Virus record (IMG/VR): IMGVR_UViG_3300032218_002851
Span: 1-64,000 of that record
DNA length: 64,000 nucleotides
Direction: 5' to 3' (one strand)
Origin: a virus
Taxonomy: Duplodnaviria > Caudoviricetes
Positions 43,480 through 52,470 of the stretch are shown piece after piece. A program made the translations under genes and the position numbers. The notes below the pieces were generated by a model. That model was not told the DNA's origin, searched no databases, and saw only the letters and a program-made list of their open reading frames with translations. Position 1 is the stretch's first letter; every line of letters begins with the position of its first letter.

Positions 43480-43672
43480 ACATAGTCGGAATTGAAGGCA
43501 TTGTCATCCAATGCGTAATATCTAATGGTTTGTTATATTGATTATAAAAGGCAAAAGGCGTAACTCCCTTTACATCTCGGTATTGGAACCAAGCGATTTC
43601 AATAAATTCTCCATTGAACACCAAAAAATAACCGTTGAAGGTAGGTAGTCGATCTCTTACCTTAATCCACAT
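43439..43672 (-). CDS. DUF551-like phage protein
   Basis: MWIKVRDRLP...ITHWMTMP. Confidence 0.7.
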   Translation of the reverse strand: MWIKVRDRLPTFNGYFLVFNGEFIEIAWFQYRDVKGVTPFAFYNQYNKPLDITHWMTMPSIPTMFEPNENQNYEQYV

Positions 43673-43996
43673 CGAAGTTTTCCATGGGTCTAATCCTTTT
43701 TTTGTTCAAGACCTATTTAGTCAATCGATGATAATATCAGTAATCTTTCGATCACGAAATATATAATAACTGTTAACTAGATCATGATTGATTCAAATAC
43801 ATTCATTGCCAGGTCAAATCTCATAGTCTTCGATGTTGTTTTTACGCAGATCTTCAATGACCTTCAAGATATTAAATTCATTGTAATCTTGCATTTTCCT
43901 AACTCCAGTTCGTTGACTTCAAGTGTATATTACATCCATAACCTAGATTTGTAAATTACAACGGTAAAAGATGTATAGAATGTCCTGGTCTAGAAT

Positions 43997-44025
43997 GAAA
44001 AAGAGGCAGACTAATGTCTGCCTCT
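43997..44025 (-). terminator. Rho-independent terminator downstream of pqqA
   Basis: agaggcagac-taat-gtctgcctct 10-bp stem plus U-tract on minus strand. Confidence 0.8.
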
Positions 44026-44051
44026 CATTTATCGAAAGTTTGTGCTAAATC

Positions 44052-44126
44052 TCACCGAAATGAGACATAAGCGGTGATTTCGAAACCATTGCGAAGGTCT
44101 TGAAAAGAAGGTGTAGTCCACTGCAT
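44052..44126 (-). CDS. pqqA: PQQ precursor peptide PqqA (24 aa)
   Basis: Read manually: MQWTTPSFQDLRNGFEITAYVSFR; W..P.F.DLR.GFE(xxx)Y signature; RBS TAAGGAG. Confidence 0.9.
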   Translation of the reverse strand: MQWTTPSFQDLRNGFEITAYVSFR

Positions 44127-44150
44127 GTTAGTTCTCCTTAAATGCACTAT

Positions 44151-44156
44151 TATTTA
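44151..44156 (-). promoter_or_regulatory. Late-type promoter TAAATA for pqqA
   Basis: TAAATA 24 nt upstream of pqqA ATG; same motif precedes many late/structural genes here. Confidence 0.6.
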
Positions 44157-44252
44157 CCGTTGCTCTTCAGATAAGCCAACACTATCATCACGGACACGAG
44201 TTTTGAATACCACATTAGGCACAATTTCAGTTGTCATCTTTTTCTTCTTGAT

Positions 44253-44534
44253 TTATCGATTTATGCCATTGATCATTTTGCGCAAATCTGTTGAACTCAG
44301 CGGTCTGTACTCATGAAACCGAGAAGGCTTGCCGAGCATCACATAGTTTTGAACATCAATTTTGCTCATATAACACCACGGTGTAAAATCTGGTTCAATA
44401 ACTTCTCCAGATTCATCTAATACCAAATAGTGTCGTATACTAAATCCTTCAGTTGGTCCGCTTTTTTCTCTAGGTCTATAAGAATAATTTCCAACTCGAA
44501 ATCGAACCGCAGGCAATTTATCAATTTTCTTCAT
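44253..44534 (-). CDS. Hypothetical protein
   Basis: ORF track. Confidence 0.5.
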   Translation of the reverse strand: MKKIDKLPAVRFRVGNYSYRPREKSGPTEGFSIRHYLVLDESGEVIEPDFTPWCYMSKIDVQNYVMLGKPSRFHEYRPLSSTDLRKMINGINR

Positions 44535-44728
44535 TTTATCTGTATGGTATAATCCAAGCCGCGCACACGAGTGCTAGCAATATTACATTTTGGAATTAAG
44601 CTATCAATTAAACTTAACACGATATTTTGATCATTTTCATCTAAGAGCTTGAGAGTCCGAAGGTTTCGCAATGTAGTTCGCACTGTTGCAGTTGCCCGAT
44701 TGTTACCAATAGTAATCGTCAGATTCAT
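44531..44728 (-). CDS. Small hypothetical protein
   Basis: After promoter 44760-44788. Confidence 0.5.
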   Translation of the reverse strand: MNLTITIGNNRATATVRTTLRNLRTLKLLDENDQNIVLSLIDSLIPKCNIASTRVRGLDYTIQIK

Positions 44729-44759
44729 GGTCAGTCTCCTTAGTTGATGTTAGAAATTA

Positions 44760-44788
44760 ATTCTAGATGATTAGAATAGCTTTGTCAA
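44760..44788 (-). promoter_or_regulatory. sigma70-type promoter
   Basis: TTGACA-17-TAGAAT. Confidence 0.7.
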
Positions 44789-44801
44789 CTCTGACTCAGC
44801 C

Positions 44802-44827
44802 AACTGTGCGACAGACGCCGCACAGTT
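44802..44827. terminator. Hairpin, probable terminator
   Basis: aactgtgcg / cgcacagtt 9-bp stem. Confidence 0.5.
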
Positions 44828-44954
44828 ATTTATTATGGATATGATTATCCGATTAGTTTGACTACATTATGCATGTAGAAAGCCATTGCAGCAATGTCGA
44901 TAAAAATAATCGAAATTAATGATGGGTTAAGCTTGTTCATTTTATTCTCCTTTA

Positions 44955-45185
44955 TTATTTGGTTTTGTCAGCTTTATTGGTTGTTGGAAACCACTGTTCA
45001 GTAATTGAGTCAGTAGTATACTTGCATAGATCCACGGCGTTGTTAACCAACATCTTGGCGAATGCTGTTTGGGCATCGATAAAAGCATTTGCTGCTTTGT
45101 TCAGTGTCTTGTCAGTGAAAACACGATTAGTCACTATTTTTTTAGTATCTTGGAAAGTGTCAATGAAAAACTCAGGTGTAAACAT
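44955..45185 (-). CDS. Small helical protein (phasin-like?)
   Basis: FIDTFQ..KK......F....L......FIDAQT.FAK amphipathic pattern. Confidence 0.45.
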   Translation of the reverse strand: MFTPEFFIDTFQDTKKIVTNRVFTDKTLNKAANAFIDAQTAFAKMLVNNAVDLCKYTTDSITEQWFPTTNKADKTK

Positions 45186-45337
45186 AACTATCTCCTTTTT
45201 TTTCTAATATAACTTTATTTATACAAATTATATGTTGCAGTGCAAAATAATACTAGTGTTTTGGAGAAAAATATATTTCTAAATTATATGGCTAAATATT
45301 GTCACATCCATTCAATCAATCAGACAGGAGATCAATC

Positions 45338-45703
45338 ATGGAAAATATTTTAGGTGTCATTTTTTCGTTGGCAATATTATTGTTAGCTTATATTTTGTAT
45401 AGCTTTATTGCCAATCGTCTAACACAAGAACAATCAATCACCACACCAACAGAATCTGTAGTAACAGATGAGATACTTGAAGTATCTCAGCTTGAGACTG
45501 AAGTAAAACCAGCAGAAGAAGTTGTAGCTGAGTCTGTTGTAGAGAAACCCAAAGAAATTCTAGTTGTAAAGGCTGCCAAGCCTAAGAAGACTAAGGTAAT
45601 TGAACCTAAGAAGGAAAAAACTACCAAGACTTCCAAAGCACCTGTCACTAAAGCAAAACAAACAGCCAATGCTAAAAGCAAAAAGAAATCAGACAATACC
45701 TAA
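45338..45703 (+). CDS. Membrane-anchored protein with Lys/Ala-rich tail
   Basis: AGGAG RBS, TAAATA upstream on plus strand, N-terminal TM. Confidence 0.6.
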   Translation: MENILGVIFSLAILLLAYILYSFIANRLTQEQSITTPTESVVTDEILEVSQLETEVKPAEEVVAESVVEKPKEILVVKAAKPKKTKVIEPKKEKTTKTSKAPVTKAKQTANAKSKKKSDNT

Positions 45704-46720
45704 TTGTTCTGCACGCCTAGCTAGTTCTGCACTAGCTAGGTTCTTGCACTTACTTTCGGCTTGAATGTCAAACTCTGGCAAAAAACTCAAAGCCCAATCG
45801 TTTACTGCAGTGTTCCAATAGAAATCTGAATGCGCTCGCAGTTTGCTTTTACTAAAGCCATTGTTTAACAGAATTGTGTGGTCAGGCATCACATTTGTCT
45901 CATGATTTACCAGTACATCTTCACGACTTACGCTGTAATGCATGGCAGGACGTACACCACGCCAGCTGTCTAGCACACGCTTAACTCGATTGTCATCGGG
46001 TTGAATGTATTCACCTTCTCGAATCCAATTATGATGAATATCTAGCACAATAGGCAATAGATCAGACAGTGACAAACATTCTTCTAGTCCGTGACTCATT
46101 TCTTCATTTTCAATAGTGATGCAGTTGCGAGCCTCGGGCGAGAGTCTGGCATATGCTGTGCGAATACCTTCAGCACCTGCTCGGCCTGCAATATGCACGT
46201 TGATCTTAAAGTCTTGAAATGTCTTGCCATAGCCCATCCACCGAACCATGTTAGCGTGATATTCAAAATCTTCGATGCTGCGTTCTACAATTGCTGGTGT
46301 TTCGGATGCCAGCACTACAAATTGTCCAGGGTGAAAACTAAGACGTACATCATTAACGCGAGCGATCTCACCAATTTCAGCAAAACCATGCTCACAATGA
46401 GCAATTACATCTGCACGTTGCCAGAAATATCGCCAGTCTGGATGCGTGTACATTGGCAGAAGATCACTGCCGATACGCATCATACGAAGATGCGACGGAT
46501 TCTCGCCGACTAGTTTTACTAGCTTAAGAGTAACCGTGATATTTTCGGTCATTAAATTCCATAGCTTTTGTTCAGCAATGTCTCGTTTTTGGCGAGACAA
46601 CCAAGCTACGGTAGTTGAGCCAGTATTCAGTCCTTCCTTAGATTGAATACCTTTTTTAGGATGGCGTTCTACAAATTTGCAGCAGAAGCCGATTCGAGGA
46701 ATGCGTTTTAGTGTAGTCAT
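45689..46720 (-). CDS. uvsE: UV damage endonuclease
   Basis: RIGFCCK, MMRIGSD, RLSFHPGQF.VL.S, IENEE, VLDIHH, RPAMHYS and RAHSD. Confidence 0.9.
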   Translation of the reverse strand: MTTLKRIPRIGFCCKFVERHPKKGIQSKEGLNTGSTTVAWLSRQKRDIAEQKLWNLMTENITVTLKLVKLVGENPSHLRMMRIGSDLLPMYTHPDWRYFWQRADVIAHCEHGFAEIGEIARVNDVRLSFHPGQFVVLASETPAIVERSIEDFEYHANMVRWMGYGKTFQDFKINVHIAGRAGAEGIRTAYARLSPEARNCITIENEEMSHGLEECLSLSDLLPIVLDIHHNWIREGEYIQPDDNRVKRVLDSWRGVRPAMHYSVSREDVLVNHETNVMPDHTILLNNGFSKSKLRAHSDFYWNTAVNDWALSFLPEFDIQAESKCKNLASAELARRAEQLGIV

Positions 46721-46726
46721 GCTGTT

Positions 46727-46755
46727 ATGATAACATCATATAACCACACTGTCAA
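46727..46755 (-). promoter_or_regulatory. sigma70-type promoter of uvsE
   Basis: TTGACA-17-TATCAT. Confidence 0.7.
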
Positions 46756-46764
46756 CCTTTTTGG

Positions 46765-48027
46765 TTAATCAATGATACCAAAATTAGCCCAACGGGCAAG
46801 ACCTAAACTTACCCAACCAATAGGCCCTCCTAAATTAGGATTACTGTTGAATACAATTGCACCATTGGGAGCATCGTAGTTGGGCGGAATGGCACTACTA
46901 CTTACCATGGTGTCACCGATCTTTATAGCATTGACTGCGATATTACCATCTGGGGTACAAACAATGTTGTCTCGATTATTGCTACCCAATACTAAATTAC
47001 TGCTACGCTGAGCAGCGATACGGGCAGTGTTCTGCTTTTGCTTACCGATAGCCAGTTCAACTTCTTCGTCCCAAATGCTCAACGCAGTGACAGGATCCAT
47101 TGTATTCACGCCTACTCGATTTTTAGTAACATACAACGTCTCGCTGAGTAGATTTTCACCCTGCGTTTGCAAATCTCTTAACATGCCAACAGATTGTAGA
47201 TTACTATCGACGATGCCGTATGACAATTTCCTACCTTCTATTAGAGGTGAACCGTTGACAATAAGATTATTGACTTCAATGCCTTCATTTTTAATACGAT
47301 CAAACACACTCACTTGAAACGTATCAATAATCTCAGGCCCCATAATCTGTTTGACTCTGGCAGCAGAATCTCTTATCAAATCTTGAAATGCGCCACAAGA
47401 TTCAGGAATTTTTCCTTTTATCAGCAAATCGCCGTCAATCACTACATCGCCTTTTACTTCAATTCTTGAAGAATACAGCGTTTCTTCAAATACTACTCCT
47501 TGATCTAATATCGTCATTTTGCACGAATTTGCACGATCATCTATTCCAGAACTGCTGAAATTTTTAATTATGCCACCGTTGATATTATTTCCACTAATGA
47601 CAAACCCTTCTTTGTTGATCGCAGACCCTGGAATATAGTTGTCTGGAAAAAAACTTTTGTTTATGCTGGATAAAAATGTTCCGATATGATCTCTAGCGAT
47701 TCCTTTGACATCGATCGAGGTCAACATATTGTGTAGGGTTTTTTCTATCCTTTCGCGAGCTAGGGTATTCATTTGATCAACGATTACTAAAGACGCATTT
47801 TCTACTTTAGCATCAAACTTAGAAGGATCTGGCGCGAACTCATGAATACGCTGATCCACTCGATTTATTATTGTTCGGAATATTAAATCTGGTGTTACTA
47901 GTTCAGATATTCTCTGAGCAACTATGTCATTGATACTATTTTGTACTTGATCTCTAACTCTCGCTGTGACTTCTGTAGTCAACTCTCTTACTAGGGTATC
48001 AAAACTCTCATTTGTTGGCATTCTCAA
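46765..48027 (-). CDS. Probable virion structural protein
   Basis: GGIIKNFSSSGIDDRA, RVGVNT and C-terminal GDIVFNSNP..GG.IGWV-like motif. Confidence 0.55.
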   Translation of the reverse strand: MRMPTNESFDTLVRELTTEVTARVRDQVQNSINDIVAQRISELVTPDLIFRTIINRVDQRIHEFAPDPSKFDAKVENASLVIVDQMNTLARERIEKTLHNMLTSIDVKGIARDHIGTFLSSINKSFFPDNYIPGSAINKEGFVISGNNINGGIIKNFSSSGIDDRANSCKMTILDQGVVFEETLYSSRIEVKGDVVIDGDLLIKGKIPESCGAFQDLIRDSAARVKQIMGPEIIDTFQVSVFDRIKNEGIEVNNLIVNGSPLIEGRKLSYGIVDSNLQSVGMLRDLQTQGENLLSETLYVTKNRVGVNTMDPVTALSIWDEEVELAIGKQKQNTARIAAQRSSNLVLGSNNRDNIVCTPDGNIAVNAIKIGDTMVSSSAIPPNYDAPNGAIVFNSNPNLGGPIGWVSLGLARWANFGIID

Positions 48028-48754
48028 ATCTCATGGTTATAACATGTTCGTAATTCTTACGACACAGACCTTTATACATGAGGTTTTTATGTACTAAAAA
48101 TCCACTGGCTCCAGCATCACTGCTAAACTTAGCCAATTGTTTGAAATACATCGCTCGTCTATCAAAAGGTCCATGCACAGTTAACGAATCGTCTGGATCT
48201 ATCTGGTATATCTTGCTTTTCCAAGCATTTCTATCAGAGATACTCCAATCATGTGATTCAAGAAACACAGTAGTCAAATCCTTACTTTTAATGTTTATAG
48301 GAAAACTAAATTCTCGGTCTCGATAATCTTGATTTTTGTAATCTCTAAGTGTAGTTATCACATATTCACATGACAGATCAGAAATTTCTTTCACAAGTTG
48401 TCTTTGATCTTCGTCAGATTGAGCATAAGTAAAAAATTCATCTGCAGCTACTACCACATCAAATTGTTTATGGTAACGAGCTAGATCAGAGCGGTTAAGT
48501 CTAACGCACTGCACATTTTTAGATTCTAGATAAGCGTAAGTTTCATCATCTATGTCAGTGATGAATTTTCTACCGACATATTCAGCAAATACAAAACTGC
48601 TGAAACCTATAAAAAGAATGTTAGTAGGATCTAATTCATAAAAATCAGAAATATCATTTAATATTTCTTGTTTTTTAGATAGGATTTCTTCGCCACGCTG
48701 ATTAGAAATATAAGCTTGGACGTTTAGTCGTGATATTTGTTGGAATATAGACAT
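48008..48754 (-). CDS. Methyltransferase-like hypothetical protein
   Basis: FDVVVA.DE.FTYA...ITTLRDYKNQ. Confidence 0.45.
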   Translation of the reverse strand: MSIFQQISRLNVQAYISNQRGEEILSKKQEILNDISDFYELDPTNILFIGFSSFVFAEYVGRKFITDIDDETYAYLESKNVQCVRLNRSDLARYHKQFDVVVAADEFFTYAQSDEDQRQLVKEISDLSCEYVITTLRDYKNQDYRDREFSFPINIKSKDLTTVFLESHDWSISDRNAWKSKIYQIDPDDSLTVHGPFDRRAMYFKQLAKFSSDAGASGFLVHKNLMYKGLCRKNYEHVITMRFENANK

Positions 48755-48858
48755 AGTAGAGTATTTATATACAGCTTGCCTAAATCTAATTCCTAGCCGT
48801 TTTGCATAAATATTTGTATAATAATAACAATAACCTACAATATCAATAAGGAGCTAGC

Positions 48859-49140
48859 ATGGCAGATTTTTTCAAGCTAGTCGCAGAGGTGGGTTTTCCT
48901 ATCGCCGCGTCTATAGCTGCGGGCTATTTCGTTTTTCTTACTATGAAATTCATACTGGCTGGAGTTACATCCAGCGTAAAAGGCATGGCAGGCATCATCA
49001 CCGCTTTGGATAATCGAGTTAAAACTATGAACCACGATGTCATAAGAATCGATACAGTGGTCAGTAATGCACTCGGACTAAGGCCAGATGTAGAACGTAT
49101 AGCTAGAGCTGATGGTAAATCAGACGCTAGAAGAGATTGA
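48859..49140 (+). CDS. Small membrane protein (paralog pair, 1)
   Basis: VGFPIAAS.AAGYFVF...LDNRVKTMNHD.IRID. Confidence 0.65.
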   Translation: MADFFKLVAEVGFPIAASIAAGYFVFLTMKFILAGVTSSVKGMAGIITALDNRVKTMNHDVIRIDTVVSNALGLRPDVERIARADGKSDARRD

Positions 49141-49328
49141 TTTTTAAAAAAATATTAGGTAAATCAAATGAAAAACGAAGACTGTGTTATTCAACTTCAT
49201 AATATCGCTCGACTAATAGACGCTGAATATGGTTCTGGCGATAAAAGCCAAGGTGGACAATTGGCACCGGACATCAGAGCTGTTGCAGACAAACTAGCAG
49301 CCCTAATAAAAAAAAGTGAAGATAGTTA

Positions 49329-49535
49329 ATGATGTATATAGATTACCTGTGGGATCTAACACCCGCTGGTTTAATAATTGATAAAGAATTAAACACTAAA
49401 AAAATAGGTTGGAATCCAGGTGACTATTTTTGTTTGGTAGTTGATCAAGATGGACAGCAACGACTTGCTCGCCTTAACGTATTAGAAAATTTTTTGATTG
49501 ATGGCGTATTAAAAAAAGATAACAACAAAGATTAA
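49329..49535 (+). CDS. Small hypothetical protein
   Basis: DYLWDL...LGW.PGD.F. Confidence 0.5.
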   Translation: MMYIDYLWDLTPAGLIIDKELNTKKIGWNPGDYFCLVVDQDGQQRLARLNVLENFLIDGVLKKDNNKD

Positions 49536-49689
49536 AGATGAATTCAGGAGCTAGAAATGATTTTAAAAAAAGAAGGTGTACCCCTCCACACTAAAACTTG
49601 GCTGATCCGACAACCATTATGGTACGACCGAGATCTGTTGGCTTGTTCACTTATAAGTCTGACTGTTGGAATTATAGTGGGTGTCATGT

Positions 49690-50013
49690 ATGGGCTCTGA
49701 ACTTGCAGATTTAATAAACAAATACGGTTTTCCTATTGTAGCTGCTGGTGGAATGGCTTATTTTGTATTTTTCACATGGGAATGGGCGACAAAAGAAATA
49801 AAACCAGTATTAAGCGAAGCTAATTCTATTCTAATTGCGTTAATAGATAGAATCAGAATGTTGGATAACGATCTTATTCGACTTAACCAAAAAGTAAACA
49901 CCGTGTTGCATTTACGAGGTAAAACTATCGAATATGAACGAGTCCAAGCTGAGAAGAAAATCAATACTATTCATACAGAAGAAGATGCTGAAGCTGGTGC
50001 AGGCAGTTCGTAG
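49690..50013 (+). CDS. Small membrane protein (paralog pair, 2)
   Basis: YGFPIVAAGGM.YFVFF...LIDRIRMLDNDLIRL. Confidence 0.65.
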   Translation: MGSELADLINKYGFPIVAAGGMAYFVFFTWEWATKEIKPVLSEANSILIALIDRIRMLDNDLIRLNQKVNTVLHLRGKTIEYERVQAEKKINTIHTEEDAEAGAGSS

Positions 50014-50019
50014 GAGTCA

Positions 50020-50241
50020 ATGATGAATAAAAATAACATAATGCAGCCTTATTGTAAAGTTGAGAAATGGAAAGGCGATGAACATATAGCGATTAGCTGT
50101 AACGGAGAAAATTTTTTAATCGAGACACCAGAAGGACCAAGAATTATCTTCATTGGAGATTGGACAATGGGGCCTGGACCTGATGGAGAATTTTGGGTAG
50201 TTCCTGAAGATATATTTCAAAACAAATACAGTTTTTACTGA
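50020..50241 (+). CDS. Small hypothetical protein
   Basis: IETPEG...GDW..GP.GEFW.V..DIF..KY. Confidence 0.55.
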   Translation: MMNKNNIMQPYCKVEKWKGDEHIAISCNGENFLIETPEGPRIIFIGDWTMGPGPDGEFWVVPEDIFQNKYSFY

Positions 50242-50432
50242 TTATTTTTCTTAGGTTTAAAATTTTTCCCTGAATCCCACACATCAATGTATGAACCTTT
50301 TGGCAGGTCAGGTTCTTGCAATGCTCCCATTGCTTGTATCATTGCTTTGACTGGTTTGTAACGCTGGGTAGTTAAAACTTTATTATCGCTAGGTTTAATC
50401 TGTTTATTATTGTCAAAATCTTTAAATCTCAT
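50235..50432 (-). CDS. Small hypothetical protein
   Basis: MRFKDF N-terminus; ATGA overlap with cyclase. Confidence 0.5.
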   Translation of the reverse strand: MRFKDFDNNKQIKPSDNKVLTTQRYKPVKAMIQAMGALQEPDLPKGSYIDVWDSGKNFKPKKNNQ

Positions 50433-51448
50433 TTACTTGTTGCCCTATACGTTCCGTCCCAATCTTCTGGTTTACCTTCTTCCATACGTTCAATCATCGC
50501 TTCATAATACTTCTTCATTTCTTTATTTGTTTTAGAAAGCTTCTTCGCTATATTGATAGCTTCAGCCCAGCTACCTGCATAGTATTCTGAAAGGAATTTC
50601 TCTTGCATTGGTTCTTCCCCAAGAGTATATATCTTAACTCCCAACTTCTTACCTTTGACGGCAATACAATCTAACTCTACTACTTTGAATTCGTCTTTGA
50701 CTTGTTCCGCTGTAATTGGCCCCAATATAATTCGAACTCCATACGGTTTGGATTGACCTTCCAACCTTGAAGCAAGATTGACAGAATCGCCGAGACAGGT
50801 ATAATCAAAACGCTGAACGCTACCCATATTGCCAACGACAACAGTCCCAGTGTTAATACCCAAACCCATTCCAAAAGCAGGAATACCTTCAGGCTCAATT
50901 TGTCGATTAAATTCATCAAGACTCTCCATCATTTGTATTGCTGTTCTTACTGCATTTTTGGCGTGTTGTGGATCGTCTAAAGGAGCATTCCAAAATGCCA
51001 TCTGAGCGTCACCAATATACTTGTCAAGCGTACCATTGTTCTCAATAATCTTCTCTGTCATCGCCGTCATATATCGATTCATAATAGAGGTTAGACCTTG
51101 AACGTCTGCGCCATAATGCTCAGAGATCGCAGTAAACCCACGAACGTCTGTAAACATAATAGACAATTCTTTAGATTCACCACCGAGCTTCAATAGATCT
51201 GGATTCTTCTGTAGTTTCTCTACTAGTGCTGGACTTAAATATGTACCAAACTGCTTCTTTATTTGCAGTTTTTGATTCAATTCGGTTATAAAACGCACAA
51301 TATTGATATGCAAAGACACCAATATCACCGCAATGGTAGGAAGTGTAATATCTAACAGCATTCGGTATTCGTGATATGCATATCTAGACCCACTGTATAA
51401 CGCTGCCACGAACAGTACAGGCAATATATAACTCAAATGCTTGTTCAT
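50429..51448 (-). CDS. Class III adenylate/guanylate cyclase (C-terminal part)
   Basis: MFTDVRGFT, DKYIGDAQMAFWNAP, GLGINTG.VVVGNMGS and GDSVNLASRLEG; likely start MNKHL at 51448. Confidence 0.9.
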   Translation of the reverse strand: MNKHLSYILPVLFVAALYSGSRYAYHEYRMLLDITLPTIAVILVSLHINIVRFITELNQKLQIKKQFGTYLSPALVEKLQKNPDLLKLGGESKELSIMFTDVRGFTAISEHYGADVQGLTSIMNRYMTAMTEKIIENNGTLDKYIGDAQMAFWNAPLDDPQHAKNAVRTAIQMMESLDEFNRQIEPEGIPAFGMGLGINTGTVVVGNMGSVQRFDYTCLGDSVNLASRLEGQSKPYGVRIILGPITAEQVKDEFKVVELDCIAVKGKKLGVKIYTLGEEPMQEKFLSEYYAGSWAEAINIAKKLSKTNKEMKKYYEAMIERMEEGKPEDWDGTYRATSK

Positions 51449-52455
51449 CGACGCCTCCATACTGCAAAAAATACTAACAACAGTCCCATAACTAGCATGG
51501 CTAGTATTTCTGCACCATCTGCCCAATCAGGACGTTTTATATTAGATCCTGCGATCATGGTAGAAATCACAGCAGCTTGTAAATCCTGTGGCCATACACT
51601 ACCTACTGCTGTTGGAACTGGATTGGATATGCCAGCCGCACTAACGCCTACAATTACAACTGCACCTTCAAAGTTTTCTAATAAGTCAACTGCTGATACA
51701 GATTGAGCACGCTGACTCCAGTCGATCCATACACGCCCTAAGTTGTCAGTAGCTATTGGACCAAACTTAGGTATACGCATTTTTTCCACGCCAAGTGCAT
51801 TTAGTTTAACTTGGAAGGTAGTATCGCCGGCAGCAGCACGTAGAGCTTCCATTGCTAATGAAGGATATAGTTTCTTATCTACGGTGGCAATCAATGGTGC
51901 TCTACGAACAACGCCATCAACTTCTGGTAATGTATTAACGGTTCCTACACCGTATGCTCGATCTTCTAATAAGGATACATTAGATATGAGTCCTGGATAT
52001 TCTATTATGCGATCAAGAAACTCTGGCCCCATCACTGCGCTACCCGGCACATGCGCTTTGTTTTTGCTTTTTTCTGCGGGCATGTTAGCAAGCACCACTG
52101 GATTTTCATCTAGTACAGCAGCTAACGCTTTATCGCCGCCTTGACGATCTGTTTCAGGCATCATAACGTCCCATACTACTAATCCAGCTTTTCGGGCGTA
52201 GAGATCGCTGATTAGATCGGCGTATATTTCTCGATTAAAAGGCCACTGTCCATATTTGTCCAGTGTTGCTTCGTCTATGTTGATTGTGAATATATTTGTT
52301 GGTTTAGAGGGTTCACTGGTTATCAATGTGTCAAAATAACGCAGTCTTACTGATTCAACAAAGTTTGGATCTGCGATTCTAACTGATAATACTATGCCTA
52401 GTGTTGCTAGTGCTAGCCAAGGACTTACTAAAATTTTCAATAGTATTTTTTTCAT
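51445..52455 (-). CDS. CHASE2 sensor domain protein (N-terminal part of cyclase)
   Basis: INIDE.TL.KYGQWPFNR, DGVVRR.PL, PSLA.E.LR and V.P.DLQA. Confidence 0.85.
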   Translation of the reverse strand: MKKILLKILVSPWLALATLGIVLSVRIADPNFVESVRLRYFDTLITSEPSKPTNIFTINIDEATLDKYGQWPFNREIYADLISDLYARKAGLVVWDVMMPETDRQGGDKALAAVLDENPVVLANMPAEKSKNKAHVPGSAVMGPEFLDRIIEYPGLISNVSLLEDRAYGVGTVNTLPEVDGVVRRAPLIATVDKKLYPSLAMEALRAAAGDTTFQVKLNALGVEKMRIPKFGPIATDNLGRVWIDWSQRAQSVSAVDLLENFEGAVVIVGVSAAGISNPVPTAVGSVWPQDLQAAVISTMIAGSNIKRPDWADGAEILAMLVMGLLLVFFAVWRRR

Positions 52456-52470
52456 CTATACTATTTATTG

